Source: a virus. Taken from it: a DNA stretch of 64,000 bases. This document shows positions 9,335 to 18,650 of this stretch, piece by piece. The stretch is from IMG/VR virus record IMGVR_UViG_3300028840_004447; one strand, written 5' to 3'. The notes below the pieces were generated by a model. It did no database searches and was not told where the DNA came from. It worked only from the letters and a program-made list of their open reading frames with translations. The position numbers were made by a program, and so were the translations under genes. The first letter of the stretch is position 1, and each line of letters starts with the position of its first letter.

Positions 9335-11551
9335 ATGACGACACCTAAGAAAAAGAAACCCGTTGCGAAGAAGGCTGCTCCCAGGAAAGCAGCTCCGAAG
9401 AAAGAAGCCCCGAAAAAACCAGCCGAGCCCGAGCTGAAGAAAGTCGCTGTAATCTGCGGACCGGGATTGGACAATCATCTCGGAGAAGTTGCCGATTTCC
9501 TAAAGGCAAACTATGAGGTCAAGATCTGTATCACTGCCGATCTGGAGACCATGTTCAATGCAGTCAAGTGGGCTGATGTAGTTTGGATTGAGTGGGCAAA
9601 CCAGACCGCCGTGGATGTAACATCTCTCGGCCATCTGATGTACCATAAGCAAGTGATTCTCCGCCTGCATTCATATGAGGCCTTTATCCCACAATTAGCT
9701 TACATCCATTGGGCCGCGGTCACGGATCTGATCTTTATAGCCGAGCATATCAAGGCCAAGGTCCTCAGGGATTATCCGACGATCAAATATAACGTGAACA
9801 GGATCCACGTTATACCAAATGGGATTGATTTAGACCGGTTCAAAATGCCGGCTTCCAAGAAGTATATGACTGCATCAGGCAAGGACATTGCCTATTTGGG
9901 ATATCTGAATTTCAAGAAGGGGACTCAGTTGATGCTCACGGCATTTGCTGAGCTCGTTCGGAATGACCCCGAGTTCGTTCTGCATATCGGGGGAGCATTC
10001 CAGGAAGAGCGATATATCGAATACCTGAACCAGATGTATGACCAGCATCCTGAGTTGAAGGACAAGATTCGCTTCCACGGCTGGATTGAGGATCCAGTCA
10101 AGTTCCTTTCTGACAAAAGCCATGTGATCTGCACCAGCTTGCTAGAGTCTCAGGCCAAGTTTGTTATGGAAGGGATGGCCATGGGCTGCAAGCCCCTGAT
10201 CCATAACTTCGTTGGGGCAAAGGGCATTTATCCTCCAGGCCTGCTTTGGGAAACGATTGGCCAGTTCTGTGATATGGCTCGGACTGGTGGCAATCGGGTA
10301 GTGTATCGGGATTTCATTCACGATAACTATAACACCAAAGACATAGTCAAGCGAATTGGGGATCTGATTGACAAATCGGATGAGAAGAAGGAAACATTCA
10401 AGGAAGGGGATCAGCCACCGATTAAGCTGTCAGTGGCGATGATCATGAAAGATGAAGAGAAGAACCTGCCGAGGTGCTTGGATTCCATAAAGGGGATTGC
10501 CGACGAATTGGTAATTGTGGACACAGGCTCGACAGATAAAAGCATGGAGATAGCAAAGAAATACGGGGCCAAGATCTATGAGCATCCGTGGCAGGACAAT
10601 TTCTCCTTGCATCGGAATCAGTCAATCGGCTACTGCACAGGTGACTGGATCCTCACAATCGATTGCGATGAAGAGCTGACCGGGAACGTGGAAGGCCTGA
10701 AGACTACCCTGTCGAAATTGCAAGATATCTATAACGCAGTTTCTATCAATCTCAAGGACGCGAATCAGGACGTTGGGAATGAGGTCAATGCAACTCGGAT
10801 CTTCAGGGCAGGCAAGGTCAAATATCGACGGGCCTGGCACAATGTTCCTATTGCAGAAGGCATGGATGAGTATGGGGCGGTGCTATATGCTGACGCGACC
10901 CTTATTCACTATGGATCAATCAATCAGATGGGTGAAGAGGATACGAAACGGAAGGCCATCAGGACGAAACAGTTGATTGAGAAATCCTTGGAGGACGATC
11001 CTGAAGATTGGGAGCTGTATTTCTACTTGTTCCAAACGTATGGGACAGAAGAGAAGTGGCAGGCTGCGGTGAATTGCGGGGAGAAATACCTTGCACAGAG
11101 AAACAATCTCCCCGGCTTTCAGTTGGCCATCTACCATTCCATGATTCGGGTATATGCAATCCATTTGGAAAACATCCCGAGGGCGATGGAGCTGTTTCAA
11201 GAAGCAATTATCCTTCTGCCCGAGGACTTAGATGTGGCTTACGTTCAGTGCGAGCTAGGTGTTCTGACCGGGCGTAAGGATATGATATTGGAAGGGGCGC
11301 GAAGATTCAACGTTTTGTATTCTACGTTCTCCAGGAATCCATCGGCAAAGGGCGGTCGGTTCATCTTCCATCTGAATCCCGATTCGCTATTTTTCTGTCT
11401 TAAGCACTCGACTGATTGTCTGATGCAGGACGGGGTCGAGTCCTTAAAGCTTCTGCAAAAGTCCGTGGGTCTCTTCCCGCAAGATCGGCGGGCTGACGTA
11501 GAAAAGCAGGTAGCAGAAGTGCTACAGCCATTGGGTATTGACACGAATTAA
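9335..11551 (+). CDS. Multidomain glycosyltransferase (GT-B/GT4-like + GT-A/GT2-like + TPR-like) with Lys-rich N-terminus
   Basis: VIPNGID...F, KGTQL, S..ESQ...MEGMAMG (GT4). LSVAMIMKDEE.NL.RCLDS...DE.VIVDTGSTD...W..NFS..RN......W...IDCDE (GT2). Helical C-terminus. Confidence 0.88.
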   Translation: MTTPKKKKPVAKKAAPRKAAPKKEAPKKPAEPELKKVAVICGPGLDNHLGEVADFLKANYEVKICITADLETMFNAVKWADVVWIEWANQTAVDVTSLGHLMYHKQVILRLHSYEAFIPQLAYIHWAAVTDLIFIAEHIKAKVLRDYPTIKYNVNRIHVIPNGIDLDRFKMPASKKYMTASGKDIAYLGYLNFKKGTQLMLTAFAELVRNDPEFVLHIGGAFQEERYIEYLNQMYDQHPELKDKIRFHGWIEDPVKFLSDKSHVICTSLLESQAKFVMEGMAMGCKPLIHNFVGAKGIYPPGLLWETIGQFCDMARTGGNRVVYRDFIHDNYNTKDIVKRIGDLIDKSDEKKETFKEGDQPPIKLSVAMIMKDEEKNLPRCLDSIKGIADELVIVDTGSTDKSMEIAKKYGAKIYEHPWQDNFSLHRNQSIGYCTGDWILTIDCDEELTGNVEGLKTTLSKLQDIYNAVSINLKDANQDVGNEVNATRIFRAGKVKYRRAWHNVPIAEGMDEYGAVLYADATLIHYGSINQMGEEDTKRKAIRTKQLIEKSLEDDPEDWELYFYLFQTYGTEEKWQAAVNCGEKYLAQRNNLPGFQLAIYHSMIRVYAIHLENIPRAMELFQEAIILLPEDLDVAYVQCELGVLTGRKDMILEGARRFNVLYSTFSRNPSAKGGRFIFHLNPDSLFFCLKHSTDCLMQDGVESLKLLQKSVGLFPQDRRADVEKQVAEVLQPLGIDTN

Positions 11552-11572
11552 CAACAATCAAAGGAGAAAATT

Positions 11573-12589
11573 ATGGCAACTTCTTCAAAAGGAAAAATCA
11601 GTATCGAAACGGGTCAAACCCTGACCACGTATGCGAAGATGACTGATAGTGGAGATCACCAGATCTTCTCTCTCGGCACCATCTGGTCAGGGAAGAGCGG
11701 GTTCGAGCCAGATGTCAGACCGAATGGCATGGTAGCTGGTCGAAATGTCCTTTCCGCTCATGCTTCGAATGACACGGTGAATGTCGGGGCATTTACGGCC
11801 TACAGCAAGGGCACTTTGCACACGATCACAGCCACCACGGATACCTTCACCCGTGGGACTGGGCCGGGCAAAGCTAAGATCATTTCAGTCACAATGGACT
11901 GCACGGGCGCGCTTGCTATTGTTCCCGGTGCAGAAGGAGCAGGTGCCACTTTCAGCGAAACGCGGGGTGCGGCTGGTGGGCCTCCTTACATTCCCGTTAG
12001 TTCCGTTGAGATTGGCCAGATCCGAACGACAGGTAGTACGGCTGCACCTGTGACCGCGGCTGAACTCTTCCAGGTCGTTGGACAGCATTCCGAGCGCTTT
12101 GACTTCCCAACCTGGGACGAATCCAACCTCGGCCTCGGGATTAATGCTCCTGTGTCTGCTCAGCAGAATTCGCACATCAAGCTGACGTCGGCCTTGCCGG
12201 CCAGCCATACGGGTGATACGTACAAAGACATCTACGTCCAGTATTATACCCCTGTCTTTGCGGAGCTGCCGAAGACCTTAGACTTTGTCCCGGCCGAACA
12301 ATCGCACTCGGTTTCCAGTACGCAGTTCTACAATGGAACCATTGCAAGTTCGGCTGCGTCCCTGAACGCAGGATCCTTCACGGCTCTGCTTGGGGATGGT
12401 ATCTCGGATGCTCTGATCAATGAGCAGGACGAGGTCATTACTGTCAAGATGTGGCCTGATAGAAACAAGACTCCGTTCATCCTCTCCCAGGGAGTGCTGG
12501 GTCTTTCGCGATCCTTCCCGCCGGCCGATCAGAACCAGGCGGCAGTCACGATCGCGGCTGAAGAGAAGTCCGCATCATTCTTGTCTTAA
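11573..12589 (+). CDS. Major tail (tube) protein
   Basis: Lies between the terminator and the chaperone/TMP, with a strong RBS and a downstream stabilising hairpin. No sheath gene seen. Confidence 0.65.
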   Translation: MATSSKGKISIETGQTLTTYAKMTDSGDHQIFSLGTIWSGKSGFEPDVRPNGMVAGRNVLSAHASNDTVNVGAFTAYSKGTLHTITATTDTFTRGTGPGKAKIISVTMDCTGALAIVPGAEGAGATFSETRGAAGGPPYIPVSSVEIGQIRTTGSTAAPVTAAELFQVVGQHSERFDFPTWDESNLGLGINAPVSAQQNSHIKLTSALPASHTGDTYKDIYVQYYTPVFAELPKTLDFVPAEQSHSVSSTQFYNGTIASSAASLNAGSFTALLGDGISDALINEQDEVITVKMWPDRNKTPFILSQGVLGLSRSFPPADQNQAAVTIAAEEKSASFLS

Positions 12590-12596
12590 CCCTAAT

Positions 12597-12624
12597 CCCG
12601 GGCTGGTTCAGGAGCCAGCCCGGG
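12597..12624 (+). other. Perfect GC-rich hairpin after the tail tube gene
   Basis: CCCGGGCTGG-TTCAGGAG-CCAGCCCGGG, with no U-tract. Confidence 0.7.
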
Positions 12625-12655
12625 TTACACCTGATTGCCAGGATGGAGGTGTCCG

Positions 12656-13093
12656 ATGAGTTTTGATTTACAGAAATATGAAGGTGCAAAGTTTGTCCCC
12701 CGCGAAGAAAACGTGCCTGTGCCTGAGTTAAAGGATTTTTTTGATGAGGATGAGAAACCAGAATTCAAGGTTCGGAATTTGGACGGTCCCGAAATCGCAG
12801 TGGCTAGAACAGCCATGCAGCGGAACCGGTCATTAGAGACTATGGTGGAAGGGCTCTCATCCCAGATCCATGATGAAAAAGTCAATGCTGTAAAGGAGGC
12901 ATTAGGAATCACAAGTGATACAAGTCCTGATGATTACGTTTATCGCGTATCAGTTCTTCATCAGGGGTGTGTGGATCCTCAGCTAGATGAATCTCAGGCA
13001 GTACGCATCGCAAGCACACACGGGGTTGTTTTTTACAAACTCACAAACAAGATCCTTCAGTTGACTGGAATGGGTAAGACCCTGGGGGAATAG
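12656..13093 (+). CDS. Tail assembly chaperone (gpG-like)
   Basis: ATG 12656 with RBS GGAGGT. Ends CTG GGG GAA TAG containing a slippery heptamer. Confidence 0.8.
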   Translation: MSFDLQKYEGAKFVPREENVPVPELKDFFDEDEKPEFKVRNLDGPEIAVARTAMQRNRSLETMVEGLSSQIHDEKVNAVKEALGITSDTSPDDYVYRVSVLHQGCVDPQLDESQAVRIASTHGVVFYKLTNKILQLTGMGKTLGE

Positions 13094-13278
13094 AACGCCT
13101 TTGGAACGAACCGCGGGTACGGAATGCACTAGAACTGTGTTCCAAAGGCATGGGCGGCCAACGATTTCTATTTGAAGTGTTGCCTGATTTTTTCCCGCAT
13201 GGTTTTCTCACTGAAGTTGAAATTGAATTGTGGTCTCTGTTCTACGCAAGTAAACAGAAGCAACCAACGGTGTCATAA
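13084..13278 (+). CDS. -1 frameshift extension of the tail chaperone (gpGT-like)
   Basis: Slippery G GGG GAA at 13084-13090. The -1 frame is open (GIERLWNEPRVRNALELC...KQPTVS) to TAA 13276-78, overlapping the TMP ATG. Confidence 0.85.
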   Translation, partial: GGIERLWNEPRVRNALELCSKGMGGQRFLFEVLPDFFPHGFLTEVEIELWSLFYASKQKQPTVS

Positions 13279-15887
13279 TGGCTGATAGCGTACAGAAAGT
13301 AATTGAAATCGTCTTTGCTGGGGACGACCAAGTTAGTGGGACAGTGCGCGACATTGGAAGCGCATTCTCCACGATTGAGTCAGGGGTGTCTGATGTTCTG
13401 AATCCCTTGGCCAACCTTGCCGACGGTGTTCTTGCCGCGGATGCTGCCTTAGCTGCTATGGCTGTTGGCGGTCTTGCCCTCGCATTAAAAGCTTCCGTTG
13501 AGTTCGAATCTTCGATGATTGAGTTGCAGAAGGTTGTCGGGGATCAACCAGACGAACTGAAAGCAGCCAAAGAAGCTGCATTCGCTCTGTCCACCCAATA
13601 TGGAGAGAGTGCTTCTGAGGTTCTGCTTTCTACTGCCGATTTCAAACAAGCGGGTTTTGATATCGAATCTGCAATGCTCCTCACGGCTAATGCCTTAGAT
13701 CTGGTAATTGCCGGCGGGGTCGGAGCGGATGAAGCCAGCTCCATTCTCGTTGCCACCCTGAAGGGTTTCAAAGCTCCAGCCGAGGATGCTGCCCGGCTCA
13801 TTGATGTCCTGAATGAAGTATCCAACAATTATGCCACGGACGTGCAACAGTTAGCCATTGCTATGGCTGCTCTGTCTCCTGTGGCCAGCACGATGGGTTT
13901 CTCCTTTGAGGAGACTGCGGGCGTACTCACACCCGTGATTGAAGTTTTCCGAAATGGTGGAGAAGCAGCAAATGCTCTGAAGGTTGGTTTGTTGCGTCTG
14001 GTCGATGATCAGAAACCAGTGCAGGAAGCTCTGGCTGCTCTCGGGGTTGCGCAGAAGGATGCGAACGGGGAACTCCGATCAGGCAAGGATATTCTTGCAG
14101 ATGTTGCCACAGCTTTTACGACCTTGGAAGAGAACCAGAAGCTTGCATTTGCTAGCCAGTTGGTCGGGATCAATCAGGCTGCAAGAATGGTTGAGGTATT
14201 CAACGGCCTGTCAAAGAGCACCGAGGTCACAGCTACTGCAATGAATGCGGCAGGATCCGCCGCGGCTGAAGTCGAGGCCCGGTTGGGATCTGCCGAGGTT
14301 GCAGTCAACCGATTCAAAGTTGGTTTTGAGAATCTCGGGATTATTGTCGGGGATGAATTCCTTGAGGCCGCAAAGGGAGCTATCAGCGGAGCAACCGAGA
14401 TCGAAGAAGCTCTTCAGGCTTTAGTGGCTGATGATACGTTTGATCCTCTGTTCACTCTGCTCAGAGAATGGGCAACAGAGTTCGGGGAATTTCTCACTGC
14501 TATAGCAGAAGCCTTGCCTGATGCATTTAAGCTCGTTAGTTTTGATCCGCTGCTTGAGGCGATCGGGGTGCTGCAAGGAGAGTTTGAGGATTTCTTCGAC
14601 GGGATAGATTTGGATACTCCCGAGGGGCTAGCTGAAGTAATCCAGTTTGTAGTTAACGCCATATCCGACTTGATTGTAGTTACTGCCGGAATGGTTGAGC
14701 AGTTTAGACCCTGGGTTGATGGCCTGATATCCACAATAGAGGGATTCAACGCCCTAGATGATGCCAGCAAAAAGACCACGGGGAACATTCTTGCTCTAGC
14801 AAAAGGGGTCGTGGACGGTGGCCTTTTGATAGTTGGCGCCTTGACTGTAATCGGGGAGCATGCCGAATTAGTCACAGGCGTGATTGATACCGTCTTCGGA
14901 GCGGTCAAGATCGGGATCAATATCCTTCAGGTTGCTTTCGATCAGTTGGCCTATGAGATTCTAGATATCGTGGCCACGATAAATGAAGGATTTGCTCTGA
15001 TCACATTTGGTGGCCTGTCCGACCAGTTTGAAGAATCAGCTAAGAGCATCCGTACGACCATGGATGCGATCGGTGAGAATCTTGTCCGAAATATGGGGGA
15101 GATGGGTGACGGTTGGGATCAGATGACCCGTGGCCTCGGGTTTGCCAACGATGAAGCAGAGAACCTGAGCCAAACTGTGAAGGACCTTCCTGCTCAGAAG
15201 GTTGTTGATGTTACAGTTGAAGCGGATAAGACAGCCGAGGAATATGAAGCCCTATTTGACGAGATCTTCGGACCGACAGGGGATAAGGTCAAAGTTCCAA
15301 TCGATGTTGAAGTCTCAGAGACAGCCGTTGAGAACTCATTCCAGGAACTAAACGACCAGATTGCTGCCGCAAAAGAGAAGTCCAAAATCGAAATTGAACC
15401 TGAGGTTAAGGAAATTTCGAAAGAGGATCTGGAGCGGATAAAGACCCAAGCTGAGATCATTCAAACTTCCCTGGAATTCTCTGCCAAAGTAGAAATCGCA
15501 GATATTGAGGCTAATGCAGATATCATGGTTGCGGCCTTCGATGCGGTTCAGGAGTCCGTTAGTTCAACAGCCGACGCAACTGCCACAATGTTCCAGGCTT
15601 TTACAGAGTTCGAAGGGACGTACTCGGAGAAGTTTTTCCTCAGGGATTTGCTAGAAGCCCAACAGGAGATCCAGCAAAACCTGTCGAACTCTCAGGTCGA
15701 ATTGAATAATGCTCAGGCTGATTATATCCGAGCAAAGACGGAAGCACTGGAAGAGGGTGAAGGCTTAATCACGATTTCCGCAGATGGGCTGGAACCTGAG
15801 CTAGAAGCATTCATGTGGAAGATCGTTGAGAAGATCCAGATCAGGGCAAATGAAGCAAGCGCTGAATTTCTATTAGGAATAGCATAA
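13278..15887 (+). CDS. Tape measure protein (TP901-type core)
   Basis: 869 aa, Ala-rich and helical. FESSM..L.KV, A...A..L....N...TD...LA, L...GV...DA.G.LR motifs. Confidence 0.92.
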   Translation: MADSVQKVIEIVFAGDDQVSGTVRDIGSAFSTIESGVSDVLNPLANLADGVLAADAALAAMAVGGLALALKASVEFESSMIELQKVVGDQPDELKAAKEAAFALSTQYGESASEVLLSTADFKQAGFDIESAMLLTANALDLVIAGGVGADEASSILVATLKGFKAPAEDAARLIDVLNEVSNNYATDVQQLAIAMAALSPVASTMGFSFEETAGVLTPVIEVFRNGGEAANALKVGLLRLVDDQKPVQEALAALGVAQKDANGELRSGKDILADVATAFTTLEENQKLAFASQLVGINQAARMVEVFNGLSKSTEVTATAMNAAGSAAAEVEARLGSAEVAVNRFKVGFENLGIIVGDEFLEAAKGAISGATEIEEALQALVADDTFDPLFTLLREWATEFGEFLTAIAEALPDAFKLVSFDPLLEAIGVLQGEFEDFFDGIDLDTPEGLAEVIQFVVNAISDLIVVTAGMVEQFRPWVDGLISTIEGFNALDDASKKTTGNILALAKGVVDGGLLIVGALTVIGEHAELVTGVIDTVFGAVKIGINILQVAFDQLAYEILDIVATINEGFALITFGGLSDQFEESAKSIRTTMDAIGENLVRNMGEMGDGWDQMTRGLGFANDEAENLSQTVKDLPAQKVVDVTVEADKTAEEYEALFDEIFGPTGDKVKVPIDVEVSETAVENSFQELNDQIAAAKEKSKIEIEPEVKEISKEDLERIKTQAEIIQTSLEFSAKVEIADIEANADIMVAAFDAVQESVSSTADATATMFQAFTEFEGTYSEKFFLRDLLEAQQEIQQNLSNSQVELNNAQADYIRAKTEALEEGEGLITISADGLEPELEAFMWKIVEKIQIRANEASAEFLLGIA

Positions 15888-16237
15888 TGATTTCTATTAC
15901 TACCACAACTTCGCAAACAAACGCGGCCGTCCTTATCAAAAATTACAAGGTTGGCTCCGATATCCAGGATGGATCGGCACGGATCAGCAAGAACAAGACG
16001 CTGGACGGCGCGGTGGCCATTATACACAACGGATTTGTTGAAGGGGACCGTACCCTTAAGGTGGAGGGCAGGCTGTCTGAGACCGAGTCTGACGTCCTCT
16101 GGGATATCTTTTCAACAGAGACCTTTGTCAATATAGCAATACCGGATGGGCTTTTCGACGGCGTCATTGCCCGATTGAAGAGGAAGTACGGGGTTATTAC
16201 AATGACCCTTGAACTGAAGGAGAAGCTTACATCATGA
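15887..16237 (+). CDS. Distal tail-like protein
   Basis: Immediately after the TMP. R.S...TLDG.V...H.G....DRTL motif. Confidence 0.55.
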   Translation: MISITTTTSQTNAAVLIKNYKVGSDIQDGSARISKNKTLDGAVAIIHNGFVEGDRTLKVEGRLSETESDVLWDIFSTETFVNIAIPDGLFDGVIARLKRKYGVITMTLELKEKLTS

Positions 16238-16407
16238 AGGTGAAATCAGATTTTGGCGCAAAGTTCGAGGCTGAACTGTGGCGAGATGGCAAATTGGTAC
16301 CTGATGAGCCTAAACCCACAATTGACCCGGATGCGGTTTTAGTCCAGAAAGATAGTGCAAGTATTATGCTTGCCGAGTTAACCAAAAAGGAGAAATCCCA
16401 TGAATGA
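16234..16407 (+). CDS. Small hypothetical protein (57 aa, not in ORF track)
   Basis: ATGA overlap with the upstream stop. MKVKSDFGAKFEAELWRDG... resembles the N-terminus of the next gene. Confidence 0.5.
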   Translation: MKVKSDFGAKFEAELWRDGKLVPDEPKPTIDPDAVLVQKDSASIMLAELTKKEKSHE

Positions 16408-16987
16408 CATTTTCAAACCAGACAACAGTTTGCTGCTTCCGAAACCCGGGCTTAGCCTCGTTGCACGGCCGATCGTCAAGTCGGTCTGGGATGTGGAGCA
16501 CTGGAGAAAAGGGGAACTGCTTGACAAAACCCGTGACCATAATATCGTAACAGCCGAAGGCCTGAACCAGCTCCTTCGGATCATGTTTACGGGCGGCACA
16601 CAGATCCCGCTTGCCAATTGGTATATTGCAATCTTCAAATCGGATACCACCCCTGCGGATGGTACCACATATGCGACGCCGGTTTATACTGAGGAAACCG
16701 ATTACGATTCGGCAACCCGACCGCAATGGCAAGGTGGTTCGGTCTCAGGCAAATCCGTGGATAACTCTGCCAATAAGGCCACGTTTGTTTTTGATGCCAC
16801 GTCTGATGGGGATACGATCTATGGAGCTTCCCTGGTCGGTGGATCAGGGGCGGATGTCAAGGGTGATACGGCTGACACTGATGGCCGATTGTATGCGGCT
16901 GCTCAGTTCAGTTCTTCCAAGACTGTAGAGGATGACGATACCCTGAAGGTCACGGTTACCTTAACCGCTGCCGACGACGGAGTATAA
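16400..16987 (+). CDS. Minor tail protein
   Basis: NIVT.EGLN..L, WYIAI, Y....R..W, IYGA.LV, G.LYAA..F...K.V...D.L.VT pattern common in siphophage tail tips. Confidence 0.65.
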   Translation: MNDIFKPDNSLLLPKPGLSLVARPIVKSVWDVEHWRKGELLDKTRDHNIVTAEGLNQLLRIMFTGGTQIPLANWYIAIFKSDTTPADGTTYATPVYTEETDYDSATRPQWQGGSVSGKSVDNSANKATFVFDATSDGDTIYGASLVGGSGADVKGDTADTDGRLYAAAQFSSSKTVEDDDTLKVTVTLTAADDGV

Positions 16988-16990
16988 CAC

Positions 16991-18649
16991 ATGGCTGTTA
17001 CTTGGAACCCATCCGATAAGTCCGCTTGTACGACCCTGAGCGCCGGAAACCTGAAGGCAACTGCTTCCGCTGGGGGTTGTGGCGTTCGATCTACGAACTA
17101 CAAAAGTTCAGGGAAGTGGTACGTTGAGTGTCTGTGGGAAACGCTCGGGAGTACTGGCGGGGTATGGAGCTTCGGGATGGCGAATTCCTCGGCTGTGTTA
17201 GGAAATACAGTCGGATCGGATGCGAATGCTTGGGGGTTCTGTGACCAATATTACGGGGATGGGACCAAGGCACACAACGGTTCCGGGTCTGCATACTATG
17301 GAAGTATTCCCGTTTCCGGCGACCGGATTATGATGGCGGTGGATTTGACTGCCGGGAAGGTCTGGTGGGGAATAAACGGTGTCTGGATAGCGTCCGGCGA
17401 CCCGGCGAACGGGACCAATGAAGCGTTCTCCGGGTTGTCTGGAAACCTATATGTGATGTGTCGGGGCGCTTATTATGGAGCTGCCCCGGATCAGACAGTC
17501 AACTTCGGCGGCTCGGCTTTCACGTACAGTATTCCTTCTGGTTTCTCTGCTTGGGATGCGCCGATTGAAGTTTCCATTACTGAAGGGGTTTCACTCGGGG
17601 ATACATTCGATGGCAACCATTTTTCTGAGAATCTTATTCAAGGAATCCTTCTCGGAGATACGTTTACTGATGAGCATTTTGTTGGAGCTCTAACCGAAGG
17701 AATTCTTCTAGGGGATACGCTTGCTGATGACCACTTCGTGGTAGCATTAACAGAAGGAGCTAAACTCGGGGATACCCTCACAGCCGCACATACGTTTTTC
17801 AAGGCTCTTACTGAAGGGGCCAGACTCGGAGACAGTATCGTTGATGAACATTTTGTCGGGGCTTTGTTAGAAGGTATCCTGCTCGGGGATGATATTGGAG
17901 CAGCGGGCACTTATGAAAAAGCTCTGAGCGAAGGTACTCTCCTCGGGGATACGATTGCAGACAATCATTATGTAGAAGCCCTGACAGAAGGAATCAAACT
18001 CGGTGAGGCCTTAGTTCGAACTCTGGAAGTCACAAAGGCCTTGACTGAAGGGGTCGTTCTCGGGGACGATATTGAAGGCCTGAACTGGACACAATGGCTG
18101 GAAGAGAATGCCGAGAAATCTGTCAAACGGTATTACCTAACCCTTACGGGGGATGCAGATGGCACGACTGATATAGAGATTCCGATGAAATCCTTTCAGG
18201 GCAGATTGAGGGATGGCGATCCGACTTGGCTGTCTTGTGTAGTCCCAGGAATCGTGATCAACGGGGTTGATTATGCGGCCGAGATTAACGCCCGATCAAA
18301 TGGGGATCTGAAAGTCGAAATGGCTTACGTTCTAGACGGAGAGGTTCAGCAAAGAGAGACCTTGGTCGAGGTAGATTTCGAAGAGATAGTTTTGTATGAA
18401 GGCTCAATCAATGAATCCATAACACTGACCGGGCACAGAACGGAGACATTTGTTCCGAAGACGGTTCTGCTAGACAATAGCACATATTACAGTTTGAATG
18501 ACGGCAAGATCCTGTATAGGTACCCTGAGCCAGACCTGTTCCTTCGACCAGGGGATACAGTGGAAACCCGATCGGATACATTCACAGTAGGCCTGATCAC
18601 GTACTTCATTGATGTTGGCCGACCGCAAATGCAGTTAACCGAGGCATAG
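16991..18649 (+). CDS. Tail protein with N-terminal SPRY/B30.2-like lectin domain and ~19-aa repeats
   Basis: WNPSDK...LS.GNL, SSGKWY.E, GD.I..AVDL.AGK.W.G.NG, NFG..F.Y.IPSGF. Nine xxALTEGxxLGD-type repeats. Confidence 0.7.
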   Translation: MAVTWNPSDKSACTTLSAGNLKATASAGGCGVRSTNYKSSGKWYVECLWETLGSTGGVWSFGMANSSAVLGNTVGSDANAWGFCDQYYGDGTKAHNGSGSAYYGSIPVSGDRIMMAVDLTAGKVWWGINGVWIASGDPANGTNEAFSGLSGNLYVMCRGAYYGAAPDQTVNFGGSAFTYSIPSGFSAWDAPIEVSITEGVSLGDTFDGNHFSENLIQGILLGDTFTDEHFVGALTEGILLGDTLADDHFVVALTEGAKLGDTLTAAHTFFKALTEGARLGDSIVDEHFVGALLEGILLGDDIGAAGTYEKALSEGTLLGDTIADNHYVEALTEGIKLGEALVRTLEVTKALTEGVVLGDDIEGLNWTQWLEENAEKSVKRYYLTLTGDADGTTDIEIPMKSFQGRLRDGDPTWLSCVVPGIVINGVDYAAEINARSNGDLKVEMAYVLDGEVQQRETLVEVDFEEIVLYEGSINESITLTGHRTETFVPKTVLLDNSTYYSLNDGKILYRYPEPDLFLRPGDTVETRSDTFTVGLITYFIDVGRPQMQLTEA

Positions 18650-18650
18650 T

